Of a DNA stretch of 64,000 bases, positions 1 through 19,500 are shown in pieces. The notes beneath the pieces are model-generated. The model saw only the letters and a list, made by a program, of their open reading frames with translations. It searched no databases and was not told the DNA's origin. The translations under genes were made by a program, and so were the position numbers. Origin of the DNA: Takakia lepidozioides (Eukaryota; Plantae; Bryophyta). The first letter of the stretch is position 1, and every line of letters begins with the position of its first letter. Location: NCBI GenBank assembly GCA_030704615.1, contig CM060732.1:13454001-13518000 (forward strand). The letters are read 5' to 3'.

Positions 1-372
1 GGATCAAACATCAGGAGTATGTCAAGGAAATAGAAAGCTGTTGGCATGTGGGACAGACACTGGCCAAATCCCATGACAAAGGTTTTACAGCTCCTAGGGC
101 ATCACCATCATTATATGAAATGTTGACTGTCTCATTGGAAATCTTTCATTGCAAAGCTACCCACTGATGGTTTGATCCATCCACATCTTGGCCAGAATTA
201 TAAGATGGTAACCACTCTCCTTGCAGTAGAAGCTGTGCATTGTCCAATCACAAATGAACAACAAAAAAAGAACTCCACTCCAGTTCATGCAGCTTTCCGG
301 ACATTGTTCATTTTGATGGGTGGCTCTTTCACTTGTTTTTAAAGACAGTGGAGGAGGCAGGGATTGAGAGAC

Positions 373-5425
<5,053 letters not shown>

Positions 5426-7161
5426 TCCATTCTCCTCAACTCTACAACTCGTTGCATCCCTTGACAGGATGCAGAAAACTTTATATTCGCTTCTTAAACC
5501 CTCTCCCCCTATGGAATTCAGGGCAATCAGAGCAAATCCTTACCCACTTTCTGCTTGACAGCTGAATAATGCGGTGGATGCTTCTAACCTTAACATGGCA
5601 CTGGATAAACCCTAAAATGTGTGAGATTGCACTGGCTTTCAAGGACAGCCACAGGTCGTGACCAAATTTCAAGGAAATCAGGGACTGAGCTACTTTTCCA
5701 GTTTTGATAATTACAATGTGAAAATGTCCCGAGGCTTTACAGAAATCATAGTTCATACCATGCATGAGAAACCAAAACCCAGTAAAAGTTTTGTACAGTA
5801 CTCCACTTCAGCATATCGCATGTGCAATATAGCAAATCAAATTTACTAGACTCGAGGCTCAATCTAGACGGGAAAAATCAGCAGAAGACAGTACATGCCT
5901 TCGACAATGATGCCCAAATCATTTGAGGGTAGTCGAAGAATTGATACGAAATGGACACACGCAATACAAACCATGAGGAGGAGCGGAGACTCCCAACGGT
6001 TGCCATCGCAGAGCACTCGCTGTGGCCATCTCCATAGCCTAAGGTAGCAACTCCCTCACAGACGGTCGTGCATCTGCTCACATTTGAAGCTCAGGAAAGG
6101 CAAATGCAAATGGGAGAGACAGGACATTTGTCGTCCTCTCAACTCTCTCATTCCATCCACGCATAGCGCAGGACAATTCCTTGCCTTGAAGCACAATTGG
6201 ACCCCTCCTCAGAGCAAAAGTGGCCAGGGGATAGAGAAGGGCACACAGGCGTGAGTATTTGTGTCTATTTTCCTGGAATTGGATGACCAATACAACTTGG
6301 TATTCTCTCTGGTGGCAGAGTTGAAATCCTGTGAGTCACACAGAGAGACAAACTCGCAGACTTCCAAATGGGTTGGTTTTAGGCAGATGTGGGGGCAAGA
6401 GAATGAGGGACTGAACACAGATTCAACCCCTTAAGGGAGGAAGGCTTTTGGAGCTTGCAAACTCGGAGCTAACACCAGCTGTTTCCCTTCGTAAATATGA
6501 TCTTCGGCCAGTAACAGCATATCCAAAGAAGTTGTATAATCCAGATGAACCTACTTAAGCGAAATCTTAGATTCTTACCTGTCTACTTTTGTTTGAGTTA
6601 GCAACACTAATTCAGTTTGGCTAAGCAGGATCAGGCACTAGACCCAACCCTAAATTTGAGAGAGATGAACGCTGCCTAGTATATATGAGTAGCCGTAGTT
6701 AGAATCATAGAGAGGTTCTGTAAACAAAGCCTCGTCATTCAGAGTCGAACCTCTGCATTGACTAACTAAGCTGGCCGTCGATACTGGATTGGGTTGGTCT
6801 GAAGAGCACGTGGATGATTGCAAGTGTTGCAAGGGCAACATCGCACTTTGAATTTAGGGTTGTGATCTTTTTGGCCCAAAATTGACTAGATCGTCAACAA
6901 AATCAGCAGCCACGGGATGGTCTGTAGAGAGATTGCTGTGGTTTGAGGCTGCGATTGAACTCTACTATCGCGTCCACGATCCTCGTCTTGAGTCAGTGGA
7001 GGTTGGAGTGACCACATTGAGCACGTTGAATTGTTATGATCTTTGGAAGGTTGACGGTCGGAAGAACAGACTCGTCGTCCTAAGCGAAGATCGACCCAAC
7101 ACAACGAAGGCCTCCAGCGAGCGACAGCGAGAGAAGAGCTGCAGCTGCCCAGTGACCAACG

Positions 7162-10100
7162 ATGGACGTCGCTGAAGATGCCGTACTGCAACCCAGCGTT
7201 GACGTTGCTCGGCTGCTGGCCTGCCCCTCTCCTGAAGCTATGCAGGTTCTCTCTGTTGCTCTCTCTCCATTCAGCATTTCACAAGCACTTGTGACTCTTA
7301 AAAGTGGATTTTGTCTTCTGGTGCATGTGGTCTTGCTTAGACTTTTCTTTTCATGAAATCATGTGGTGTTTGCCAGATAACAGCATTCAACATCTGATGA
7401 ATCATACTAAATAATGTAAAGAGCTTCAGACAAAAATCTGGTACAGTCACAAAGTTTAAGATCTGGAATCCTGTCAAGTTCAGACTCTAGAGCCAAACCG
7501 GGTCAAATTTCCTATTCGTTCAGTTTGAAGTTGAGCTGTGCGCAACAACATCCTGGTGTAAAATTCTCTTGAGCTCACCCAGAGCCTTGAAGTCACCAAA
7601 ACTTATTTTTAGTCCATCGTGTAGCACGTGAATGACGGTGAACGTTTACAGTTCATCGACGACTGTAAGGGTGAGGGATAATGACATTGTAGTTGGGTTT
7701 CTAGGGATATTATGATAAGCTTACAGCAGCAGGTGTGGGGCCAGGCCTGCGAGTGCAGCAAATTGGTGGAGAGATGGGCAAAGGTGAGGATTTGAATTGT
7801 CCCCCCTTTGTACATTGTTGCAAACAACTTGATTGTGGAACATTAATCGTTCTACACCTTGGCATATTAGTTCTAGAACTTCCATTGCCAACAGGGAGGT
7901 TGCTGCAAATGTATGAGCTCTGGTTATAATAACCCCAAGTACTAATGTAGTCAAAAGGTGGTTCCAATGAAGTTCAGATTGGGGCGGTCACAAAAATGGT
8001 ATAAGCAAGCCTGAGACTGAAAGGGGTTCCTTGTTTTGTGTGGGGGATTCAATTGGTTGTAGATATATGTGTGCAAAGGGTTTAGGGTTTAGGAGATAGA
8101 GGAGGAAGAAGACCAAGTTTTCTACATTCATGGAACACCAAGAGGACCCTTAGGAAAGAGAAAGTGAGAGAGACAGCCAGTCTCATTGCAGTTGAAGGGT
8201 TGGGTGGCAGGCGTGTTTGCAGGCCGAGACTTTGAAGTTGATGAGTTGGTATTAAGAGAACCAAAGCTTGTGGGTGCTCAACACTCTGCCAACAAGGTTG
8301 CATTTAAGCCCACTGCTGCAGTCCATGAATATTTGAATGTCCTCTTTTGAGTCATCTTCAACTTTTATCTCTAAACCCAGTGGTGTTTTATTTGTTTGAT
8401 GTTTTGTCTTGATCTGCCATATCATCGATGATGGTGCAAAGAGCAAGACTGGATGCTGACCACTCTCAATTACAGCAGGCAGATGCCCTGGTCTGCAGTT
8501 TCTGCTTTCGCTATGTTGGGTCCATTGAGCTCCAACTGGGACACCGCCTTTGTCCCAAGGAAGAAAAGGGTTCTTTAGGAGGTCAGTCAACCATTCATGC
8601 GGCTTTGGGCCACCATTTTATGTTGTGTTGCATATTGTGAGACGTAATAAATAGACATAGAGCTTCATTTCGACCTGTAACCGAATGTCGGAATTGGGGA
8701 TAGTACTTATACATATGCCCTCTGTGAAGCAACTCTCCTACTTTACGTTCATGTTGTTTACCAGAGTGCTATCTCTTTGCACACACCTGCCATTTCTTTT
8801 GTCAGTATTAGCACCTTGTAAGTTTCAAGCCAGTCGAGCCAGTCAGATCAGCAAGCAGGCATGATGCAAGTTATCTGCATTGTGGTGGCAGTGGGAGAAG
8901 AAGAAAGAAGTGGGGGAGACTGTGTTGATCATGACGGCAGTGGCACAAATGGAGCAGGACACCTAGACGAAGAGACAAACTGTGGGTGTGAGAGAAGCTC
9001 AAAAAAGAAGAAGGCATTATCTGTAGGAGCTATGGCAGCACTTGCAAATGGTGGGCTTCGACTTCCCCACAGTGAGCATTTTGAGTTGCCACCAATAGTG
9101 AAGTGCAAGGGAGGCTGTTTGGACAACGTATACTGCAGGTTGGTGAATCCTGACTCCACCAAGATGGTGACAACGCAGGGTTATGTATGATGGTATGACG
9201 AAATCTTTGACCTGTATTCATAGAGAGAGTTCATGTAGTGACCTCTTGCTAGTATCTTAGCAGAGGAACATGGAGAGAGATCAAGTTAACTGAGCTGTGA
9301 TGTTCATCCTACTGTTGGGCGTTCAAGCAATGACACCCAAGCAGCATAGTAACTGAATTGAGTCGTGTAGGCCTATATGCAGGTCAGCCATTGATGGTCA
9401 GGCATTGATGGTCAACTGTTGGCATGACAATTTTTGAGTTGCAACTATTACATCTTCAGGCACATGTACTTCTATTAGTGGGCAAAACATTGATGGCAGC
9501 TGGTTAGTTGCTAGCGCTACTTGTGCAGAGACAGCTTGGCAGACATATCATGCTTTGCTATGTTCTGGTCCCCTCTCACTTTCCAAGGACACAGACGCGT
9601 CTATCAGCTTCAAGGAATTTGCAGATGGTTAGTTATTCTCTATGGACATTTCTTATTGAATTTTATGTGGAGAATCCGATGCATTAAACATTCATTCAGA
9701 CTTAAATGCCCTGCAAATTACTCTTTGTGATAGGAAATAGTTTATCAACCAGTGCAGGATGACAGCTCTTAATTCTAAGCTCTCTCCACCTAGGTGTTGT
9801 TGGCTCTCTATCTTAGGAATCTGGCTTTGGCTGCAGATTTGCACATGTCTCATTGCAATGTCAAACAGCCCATAAATGACATCCATTCTTTGTTTTCAAC
9901 ACTCCTTTCTATCTTTTGGGCTAATGTTCTCTTCCCCTTAGACTGTTATTTGTCATGACCAGTATAAGACAAATAAGCCGATGGAATTGTCCAAGAGCTT
10001 CTGTACCTGTATCATTTTCAAGTTGGGGGTACTGTGATGGTTGGATGGCAGAAACCAATGACATTTTTCATATCGCTGCTCAGGTGACCATGAACTTGTT

Positions 10101-13100
10101 TGGAAACATTTGAACTGCGATGACTTGGTTGTTTGTGAGGCCCTAGTTGCGAAGCATTGTTGCCTTGGTCAAGGGGGATCCATTTTGATGAACATAAAGA
10201 ATCTTGACAAAGCTTGGCATTTTGGGATATCAATTTCTCCGATTTTATGTATCTCTGTCTATCCTTCTTTCTTTAACCTTTACCTCATGAATATTGTCCT
10301 GGCTGTCAAGATTGCAATCGTAAACTGTAATCTCAATTCATACCATAAACCGTGAATCCTTGACACCGCACCAGACACACAGCAACCTCTGATGGGCTAG
10401 TGAATTTAAGTTTTGTTGATATTGCGTATGTAATTGACAAGGATTTCCAAATCCAATGAAGTGACTAGCACTGGTGCAAATGAGACACCCATGTCAGAAA
10501 TAAAGTGGCCATCTTGGTTTGACCTCTCCAGTAGCCTCTCTTATCCGTGCGCCTTTCTGACCTTTGGTTGGATGCTTTTCTGACAGGTTATTGCGACAAC
10601 TATATCTAGGGCAAGGAAGCTCAAGACAGATATGTCTGGGAAGGGAGGAAATTGGTCTCTGAGTGAAGATGCTAAAACAATAGATACTGCAATGTTATTG
10701 GCTGCATGGGAGCCATTTGCCATGGGCTATAAACGCTTGTATGCCCTATGTCCCTGCTTTATCAATGGCTTTGCTTTCAGTGTAGGTTGGCTATGGATGT
10801 GAAACATAATGGTTGACCACTTTACTACATGTGTTTCTAAGTGCGTGTGTCAGTCAGTATTAACTGTGTGATGTGTTGAAGGTGGTGGGAAACAGTGGCT
10901 TTGCCTGAAGATGTAGATCCCTCTGATGAGCAGGCTTTCCGGAGTCAGATGAAAGAAATTGCAACCCATGTGGGTTCCATGGCCCTCCTCCCCTCTCTCG
11001 TTTTTTTAGTCTATTTAAACTTCAGAGACCTTCTTGACACGGCCCGGGGATTGGAGAATCAAGTAGTTACAGGGACCATGCTGTGGACATGCAGTTACTG
11101 TTGCAAAAATGTGGGATGTGCAGTCTTTATGTCTCCTAAGAGCAGCCTTGTATGAAGAAGAGTTCTCCCCCTGTATCCTTTCATAGAGTTAAACTTCTGG
11201 ACTCATGTTTCTTCTATAAAGCAAAGTATATAATCTATTGTTTGATTCATTACGATGTCAACCAAGTTTGTGAGCAGTCCAACTATGTTGCTGAACTTGT
11301 TTTGTTCAAGTATAGTTCACGAATTTTAGCGGGTTTTTAGATGGTGGAGTTCAGCGGGTTTCCTTGACTTTCCCATCCACAGTGTTTTCACTGCAAGTGT
11401 ATGGACATATAATCGGGATGTTTGAGATGAACAACCTGTGAGATAGATGCCCCTCCACTCCACCTTTGCCCGTCTTTTGCTCTGATATTTTTTACAGTAG
11501 TTCTTTTGTTTCAATTATCTGGCATATGTCTATGCTTTATGTCTAATTTTTCAGAAATTTAATGACATGTAATACCTCAACACACTATCTTTGCTCTCAA
11601 TTTTAGAATAAGATTTTCTTTCTTGTTCAGTACATCAGTTTATGCCTCTTGAGGACATTATGCAACAGATGGTAACTTCATTCCTGTTCTTCTTTTATGT
11701 TGCAGAGAAATAGTGGTAGCATCCCCAGTGGAAGACTACTTCCTCTACATTGATGACCTCCCCCCTACATCCAGGGTAATGCCTGTTTTTTCAAACAACT
11801 TTCGGGCTGTGCAGGCCTCCTTATGGGTACAGCGATGCTAGACAGACGAGTGAGTGGGAATCAGATAGTCACTCTAATCTATTGTGACATCTTCAAGAGA
11901 GGTCCAGAGTCTAAATTTTGTCGGCTGATTATTGTCGTGAAAAATATTATTCAAAATTGTTATGAAAGATGCAACGCGAAGATGTGCAGGCAGAAGCAGA
12001 GGTGGTGACAAAGCCATATTTGGATGCCTTAGGTGACGACTATGCTGCCTTCTGCCAGGGTACTTCATCCCCATCCTCCTCTCCCTGTCTCTTCTTCCCT
12101 TAACTGAAGAAACCAAGGGTTGGGGGCGACTTCCCAAGGCTAAAATCTGATGAGTACCATTCTCTATCCCTCTGGGCTTGTGTGAATGGAATAAATCTCT
12201 CTTTCTCACTCACTCTGTCTGTACACGCTGGGAGCAGGGTCTGTGGCACAAGGCCATGGGTCTTATGAGTACATTCTCTCTCTCTCTCTCTCTCTCTACA
12301 CATCCGCCCAAACTGGGAATGGGTTCTATGGCCACAAGGCTAAGGAAAACAATGTCTTATGAGTACATTCTTGCTATAATGTAATACACTTTCTTTCTTC
12401 CTGTTTTTTTCCATTTTGTCCCATAAGCTCTTTGAGCTTTCCGCGGACGTTATAAAGTACCATTTCATTTCATTTCATTTCCTCGTTAAACTCTTCTTTG
12501 TTTCTTTCTTACTTGCTCAAGCTTAGTAGTTCTTTGGTCTCTGGTTTTACACTTTGTTTGCCTTCTGTGGTTCTTTTGTTCTGTTTGTGTCCCTGTGGCC
12601 CTGTGGGCCTCGATAAATTCCTCTGCTTGTAAAATCAACCAATTCCATCACCACAAATTTGTTGATTTCAGTTACTCTGCTATTTGTTACCTTAACAGGC
12701 TCAGCCTTTTTCCCACTACAAAGCTGTCTCAACCATTCGTGCTGTCCAAATGCCAGAGCTTTCAAAAGAGACGAGGTAGTCTGTCTATACCCTTGACTAA
12801 TGAATTTCATGTAGTTCTTGAAATTCTGATACTTTCTCATCCACTGATGTCTTACTTGATACTCCCAGGCAGTTCAATCAGATGTAGTTGTCTGTATAAA
12901 CTATTAGGCTTCACCACTCTCCTGCTTTCTTTCAGCTAGCAATTATTTAAACCAAGGTGGACATAATACCATAAGTACTACTGCAAGCTTATTTAGTTAG
13001 TGCCATAGGTGATGGATTGGCCCTTGTCATGTGCAATATGAACCCAGGCAGGCTCTGCATCAAATTAGCAAGTTAACACAAACACCAATGTGCGAGTTGC

Positions 13101-13986
13101 AGCAATCTTTGTGGAAGTTCAAGTGTTAACTAGGCTCTTTGCTGATGTTTGACTCCTTTTTTTCTCACTTTTCTTCTGGTGCAGGACAGAGATGGGCACG
13201 CTGTGCTACTGGCAACCAGACGCATCAAAAAAGGAGAAGAGGTAACCATTGGTCGTACTTCATCCAGCTCTCCAGAATGATTTTTGCAGGGGGTGCAACT
13301 CTGCACATTGGACATCATTGTTTATATGTATTAGATCAACTAAATAAAAGAAAATCCCCTTAAGCGGCCCTGCTTAAATTTCTCTTGTTCATTCATTCAC
13401 TGTGCAGTTATATCATCTTTTCATTATGGTGTTTAGCTAAAGGTTTGCATTGTTCTTGCCTCCATTGTGGCAGAGTTAGTGTTTCTGTTATGCATCATAG
13501 ATTTCATGGCCGAGAGTACAAAAGTATTTGATTGAAGGATTATTCAACACGAGACTTTCCTTGAAATATCCATGATATGTTGAGTGATGAGGACAGGGTT
13601 GAATCAGGCTCATGTGTCGGTTGGGAATCAACCTGATATCAAAAAAATTTGAATCCTTCATTACCATGAATCTCAATCAGTGGAACACCCCTGAAGAAAC
13701 AATTGCGCTTACTGGAAACAGGATCTCTTGTGCATTGATCTGCCCTCTTTATGAGTCTGAACAGTTTAGACATCTTTCACTCCAGTTCTTAAACTTGGAG
13801 AACAGTTACATTAGAAAGTTCAAAGGTGTTGTCTTCATGGTGTCTTAAAGCTGGGATGGTGATTTGTGGGCATTTCAGGTATTGATATCCTACATAGATG
13901 AGGATTGCCCTTTGGAAGAAAGGCGCGCGTTGCTTGCTGATTATGCCTTTGTCTGCCATTGTTCACGGTGTATAGATGAGAGCTAA
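7162..13986 (+). CDS. ATXR2: SET-domain histone-lysine N-methyltransferase ATXR2/SDG36 (split SET + MYND-type zinc finger); multi-exon
   Basis: Exons encode MDVAEDAVLQPSVDVARLLACP, LVCSFCFRYVGSIELQLG, LRLPHSEHFELPPIVKCKGGC, ETNDIFHIAA, ALPEDVDPSDEQAFRSQMK, IIGMFEMNNL, VASPVEDYFLYIDDLP, AFFPLQSCLNHSCCPNA and ISYIDEDCPLEERRALLADYAFVCHCSRC, with TAA at 13984-13986. All are collinear with Arabidopsis ATXR2. Confidence 0.92.
12110..12372 (+). mobile_element. Stacked short 3'-end fragments of a (CT)n-associated non-LTR retrotransposon in an ATXR2 intron
   Basis: ggccacaaggctaaggaaaacaatgtcttatgagtaca (~12330-12368) and gtcttatgagtacattctctctc (~12261-12297) match the 3' end of the LINE fragment at 56285-56332. 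A weaker third copy ends near 12165. Confidence 0.6.
12428..12480 (+). repeat. Retroposon-like 3' tail with (CATTT)n
   Basis: Second copy of the motif at 4165-4222. Confidence 0.55.
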
Positions 13987-15461
13987 AATGCCATCATCAT
14001 TGCCTCAGAGCAAAAAAAAATTGGCAAAAAGACAACGGTTGTAATGTCTGTGAGTTGTTGATGTTTTCTCTTGCACATCTTAGTTTGTGTTTGAATAGCT
14101 CTAGCAGCTTATCCCACTTGTAAAATCCCCGAAAATAAGAGACGAATTTGATTTTCTCTCTCAAAGAAAAAGAAATCCAAAGCAATGACGTCAGTGCAAT
14201 TTATGATCATGAAATGTCCTTGCAATTTGGAAAACTTACAAGGGACAGGACTTAAGAATCTATCCAACCAAGCAGAGTTTGTGTTGGGCCCTAATTTGAA
14301 AGCCTCGGGTTCAAATATATCATGAAATATGTCCCACAGTGACAATCAGACTTTTGTGATCAAATCTAAGAAGTGCATAGAAGTTAAGTAACAGAGGGAT
14401 ACAACAATGGGCTGCTGAGTAGCATCGCAACAATGACAACCACAGCGCTCAGTTAATCGCATGTACAACTACCACATATGTGATCTCGTCTCTCGAAAAC
14501 ATCCTCCATGTCATTGTATGTTGAACATACACTTGTATTTCAGAAATAACCTCCATATCAAGTCTCAGAAATGTTGCATATACACTCGTTGTATCAACAT
14601 ATTTGCATCATCTATTCACTTTAGTATTACCTCCCACTTACTTTCTGGTCTTCTGATTGGTTATGTCTTAAGATGGATTCTTGTCATAATCTAGTTGGAA
14701 CTTATACTTGTGGAGCATAGTACTATCTCCTCTTAGGTCAAAACCAGTGTTGGACTGGTATATAGGGTCTTTCCGGGTATCAACCAGGGTATTCAATAAC
14801 CGACCCGGCTGGTATTGGCAATTCCAATACTGTGGTTGATAACCGGACCGGCTGGTATTGCCAAGGCAATACCCGGGTGCATACCCGTATTACGGGCAAA
14901 AACAAGGACTATACCATGGTATGAATAGGAAATTGGTAGGGTGCACAATATGTCACTGTCGGGGAAGAGGGTGCACATGTCATGTCTAGGGGCCGCCTGC
15001 TTCATTTCTTACCACATATAGGGCGGGCCGCCCCTATTCTTTATTTTAAAGGATTAGCCAAATGATGTGCGGACGGATTACAAGGTGGTTTCGCACGGGA
15101 TCAAGGATTTCTTTTTGTCGGAAGATAATTTGATTGATGAATATGAAGACCTCATGGTTTATTTGACGATGAGGGTTGCAATCAGTCTTCTTGCTTCAAT
15201 TTGGATACTAAAATCTGCAACGTTGCTATTATGTAATGCAAAGACTGAATTTTGCAACATAATAATTAATTTCCTTGGGAAATCAACTGATCTACAAGGA
15301 ATGCACAGCCATTACAGACTACCATAAGTACATGATTGTCGTTGACGCCTGTGAAACGAAAGAAATTGCAAGATAGGCAGAGTTGCAGGTCGTCAGAAAC
15401 AAGTACGTCGAAGATCAGCTGGATGTGTGGGATGCCAATTTCCATCGTGAAAATGAACAAT

Positions 15462-18400
15462 CGTTCGACCTGCCCTGACCGGGGATGTGTCCAAGTTGGA
15501 GCAGGATTTTAGTCACGGATACATAGAGGGGTCTCCAATGTTTTACGTGTCTTTGTGCGATGCCAGTGGACAGGAGGTCTTGGTGGACGAGTCAATTGTG
15601 AAAAGCTGGGATCCAATATGGCGAGAAGTAAACGAGGAGTTTGAAGCCCAGATTTCGAGGAGACTGTCCACACAGGTGTTCTCCAGGAAAATGTTTCATA
15701 TTTGGGATGGCAATCACCGCTTCATGGCCTGGATGAATGTCATAAACAAATATCACAGCACAGACGAGGACTAGCACTACCTTGTGGCGTCCCTGGTGCT
15801 GGATCCGAAAAGAAACGTCACAGCACTTCTGACGGCTATGCATGACATCAACAAGTAAGTATAATGCTCACCCTTCATGCCATCAGAATTCTCCGATTTG
15901 TTCTGTCTATTTTGTATTTCCTGGTGAAGGAGGAAGTCATAGTGTTTGTGTAGGACTTCAGGGGAACCGAAAGTGCACACGTGACGACGAATTTGGTCCA
16001 CACTCTATTCAGGATACAGAAGGTGGGCCAAATGCCACTGGGCACCTTCAAAAACCTTATCAGTGCTGAGGCTTACAAGAAGTGCGAGACCTCCAAATCC
16101 GCCGACACATGGTATAAGCTCACCAGGGAGGCTTTCTGTGACTACATGTACACTGTAAGTATTCCTTCCCAAGCTCTCTCTACTTGTTCATTCATAAAAC
16201 CAGTTGACTAATAAGTTGTATACTGGAATGTTCAGCAAGAGATTGCGGAGGCTGGAGAGAAAGGGAAAACAGAGTACTATGCCAAAAAAGACCCAGGGGA
16301 GCGATCCTCAAAAGGAGTGGAAGAATCTATGAACAAGGAGATGGAGGTGGCGAAGAGGCACTACATGAGCGCGTTGTGAAACAACTCAGAATAGCCGACC
16401 CTGCTTTTGGTCTAGAGTTCTTGAATCAGGTCAGGATCCACTGGAACGTGAACACCAAGCCTGAAATGATGCAGGAGAAGCTTCATCGCCTGTCCACTGC
16501 CGTAGTGGAGCCAGAGGTGAAAGTGAAATGGCTTGAAATTTGGAACGCCGACCCGACAGTGAAAGATAATCACTGCTTTCCGAAGAGTGAGAAGAACAAG
16601 GAAACAGGAGTCATAAAGCAATTCAGTGACCATGTTCTCGATATGTGGCTGCACAAAGCCACGTACGGGGCACAGGTTTTTTCCTCTCCCTTTTCCATTT
16701 CCACTGCAAATCTGCATTGCGGGAAAAGTCACTTACTCTTCTTAAACATCTTTTCTCTGAATTGTAGAACTGTTCTTGCGCAGATAGAGGCTCGGGCACA
16801 GCTGGTGCTGGAGAAGCAGCTAAACGATTACAAGATAACTATGACTCCACCGACGGATACTCTAGAAGACTACGTCCGCGAGTGGAAAGCAGCTTGCTTC
16901 GGCACTTGCTTCTTCAGGGAGTTCGCCAAAGAGGGAGGCATCTCGCACACTAACGACTTCGAGCAGCAACATGGATCAGAATAGGCCATGAAGAGGGTTC
17001 TATACAGGTTCGTCTTGACACTTTTTTTCCACCCTTCTTTCCTGTCTCACGAAGTTTCGATTTCGTTGCAGCCCTGCTCTTTTGAATAAACAGTCCCAAA
17101 ACTGTGTGCGCTGACGCACTCAGTAAAGGGGTGGGCACTTCTGTGTCTCCCAAGCTTTCATTCTACATACAAATATCCGATCATGTACTGAACCACACCT
17201 GCACTGGATTGTAAGTAGGGCCTGGGTGGACAGACCAAAAATTGAGTGCGCTGGCGCACACAGTCAAGGGGTCCTTAAACCATTATCTCACAGTTTCCCC
17301 ACTCACTAATATTCCCTCTGTTTTGATTGTGTAGGTACATCAAGAACGTTCTCATTCCAGGCAAGAACCTGAGTCGACACCCGCACTTTATTGACCTATG
17401 GTGTGATCCATCCAACGCTCAGACAAAGTACACTGCAGGGATTTTGAAGGATTACGGGACCTCGCATCTTCGAGACTGCTACTGGTATATGGATATCCCA
17501 CGGACTGGATGCCCTTGGTATGAGCTTGTGACCCAAAATCAAAATGATAATGCAGAGGCCTTGGCCCCTCTGACAGAGAAGGAGGTGCACGAGAGAAACT
17601 TGAGGATATTGGCTGAGAAAGAGCCTCTTGCACAGAATACGCCAGTCAAGCCTAGAAAGGACAAGGGGAAAAGGAAGGTAAAGGGGCAGAAAAACACTCC
17701 GAATGAGAATGAGATGGAGTCCGTGGTGCAACCGGGGCCAGTGCAGACCCCACCCCCAGCCAGAAAGCCTGCCCGAAAGAAGAAGGGTCTTAAAGAACCC
17801 TACGATGCAATGGAGCACTCATCTAGAATCGTTTTTCCGGACATGTGCGAGCTGGTAAACGACGGGTTCCTGGCCATGATGGAGACAAGGAAGTCAAGTT
17901 ACAGTGGTGATCCTTCCAAAACGTGGGACAAGCTATGTGCTTTTCTCCAATCGGTAAGCAATTATCATCCATGTGTTTGAGTTTTGTTTTCTTTGTTTTA
18001 TTTCTACTCGAATCAGAAAGGTCGCTTATAAAACATCTTCCCCTTCTTACACGCTATATTGCTTGCAGGCATGGAGGGGGAAGGAATCTTGGGTGAATGG
18101 TGCACTGAAACCGTTTGCTTCGGAGATGGTTATTGTGGACATTCCGGACGGGCATCCAGTCCCGGATATTCTGCCCAGTGACACCTGCCCAACATGGAAC
18201 AAATTTGACGAGAGATATTGGAGTTGGGTGTTTTCCTTTTGCAAGTTTTTCCTTTCCGATGGAGGGGTTCTTGTTATCATACAATCTGTCACGATGAGAT
18301 GTCGCCGGGAGCTGGCAAGCTACTTGAAAGCCTCGGGGATGCGGATTATCAAGACCTGGAATTGTGTCAACAGCCTATATCTGACTAAGGGGGATTGCCC

Positions 18401-19500
18401 TAGGCAGAAGGTACGTTTCAAATACTTTATTTTTATGCCTTCTCTGTTGAAGTTCCACTGTACTGACTGCTATGAAGTCATGCGGTTCGCACTACCTGAA
18501 CTGAGTGCTTCAGCGCACTCAGTTATGGCGGTGCATGAGCAATGACTCTGAACCCGTTCCATGAGGAATGGGTCTGCACTCCCACCCAGATGTGCTATGA
18601 AACATTCCTCACTAATTATTGACCTCTTCATCGCAGACCCGTCTACTTGAGGCCGTCTGTCTTGTGAGGGTACATCCACTGTCGACTCCCACCACAGTGG
18701 TGGAGTTCGAGCTTCATGGGGGAGGATGTTTCATAAACGAGAGGTTCGATCCTGTCGTCGATGGCATGCACTACAACTATGTGGACTCCAACGTATGTTT
18801 GTGAAAGCCAAATGGAACGCCTTGGAGAGGGGCCCATGAAAAAACCCCGGCTTTTATCCAAACGATCATTGAGAGTTGTTCTCGGCCAGGGGCCCGCATC
18901 ATAGATCTCACTCTCGGCACAAGTTTCTCTTCTTGCCTTTGTCATTGATTTCTTTCCTTCTACACCTTCTTTACTCAATATTCTAAAAATCTAATTCCAT
19001 CATTCTATCTCTTGCAGGCGCTTCTTACCATGCTTGCAAGGCAGGTGGCAGGCACTTGTTTGGTATAGAAGGAGATGCAGATATTTTCACTGGCCTACTC
19101 GCCGAGTGGCAAGGGGGCTCGTCTACCTCCAATGTGAAGGATGTCACTGCGCAAATTGATATCTTCGACGGAGACGACAAGGACCTGGACAATGACTTTT
19201 CATGTGAGTAAGTTCATTTTCTGTCTATTTGATCCCTATGAATATTCTCTGTCGCGTCCCCTTCTGTTGTCTAATTATTACCCAAATGGTGCATTTCTGA
19301 TTGCAGGAATGTCAACGCACTCCCGTGGCCCCTGTCTTCCATACACTTGAGGGACTTGTGCTGGAGCCCACCTCCTAATTATGTCCTTCTCGACTACGCG
19401 GAAGGCATTGCTCGTGTGCAAGCAGCTGTGCTTTCTCCCCCACCCTTGTGTTGGAGTTCCAGGAAGACGCTCAGGCACCTCCGCGCAAAGGTCTTTATAG
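15462..19500 (+). pseudogene. ParB/Srx-like domain + beta-class amino DNA methyltransferase-like gene, copy A1 (5' truncated, in-frame stops)
   Basis: VRPALTGDVSKL...KMFHIWDGNHRFMAWM (15462-15735); MVIVDIPDG (DIPDG at 18138-18152); FFLSDGGVLVII; WRGAHEKTPAFIQTIIESCSRPGARIIDLTLGT/intron/ASYHACKAGGRHLFGIEGD (18820-19077). Premature TAG at 15772. GT-AG introns are at the same positions as in copy A2. Confidence 0.75.

Noticed and set aside
8078-8093. Interstitial telomere repeat GGGTTTAGGGTTTAGG
   Set aside because: Only about two units in an intron; not significant.
12147-12175. Hammerhead core CTGATGAG
   Set aside because: No stem II or GAAA follows; it is a variant of the LINE 3' end TTATGAGTAC.
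14745-14920. Possible hAT/MITE fragment with GGTATT/AATACC motifs as the left end of E1
   Set aside because: No matching TIR or TSD could be paired with 20216 or locally; left unassigned.
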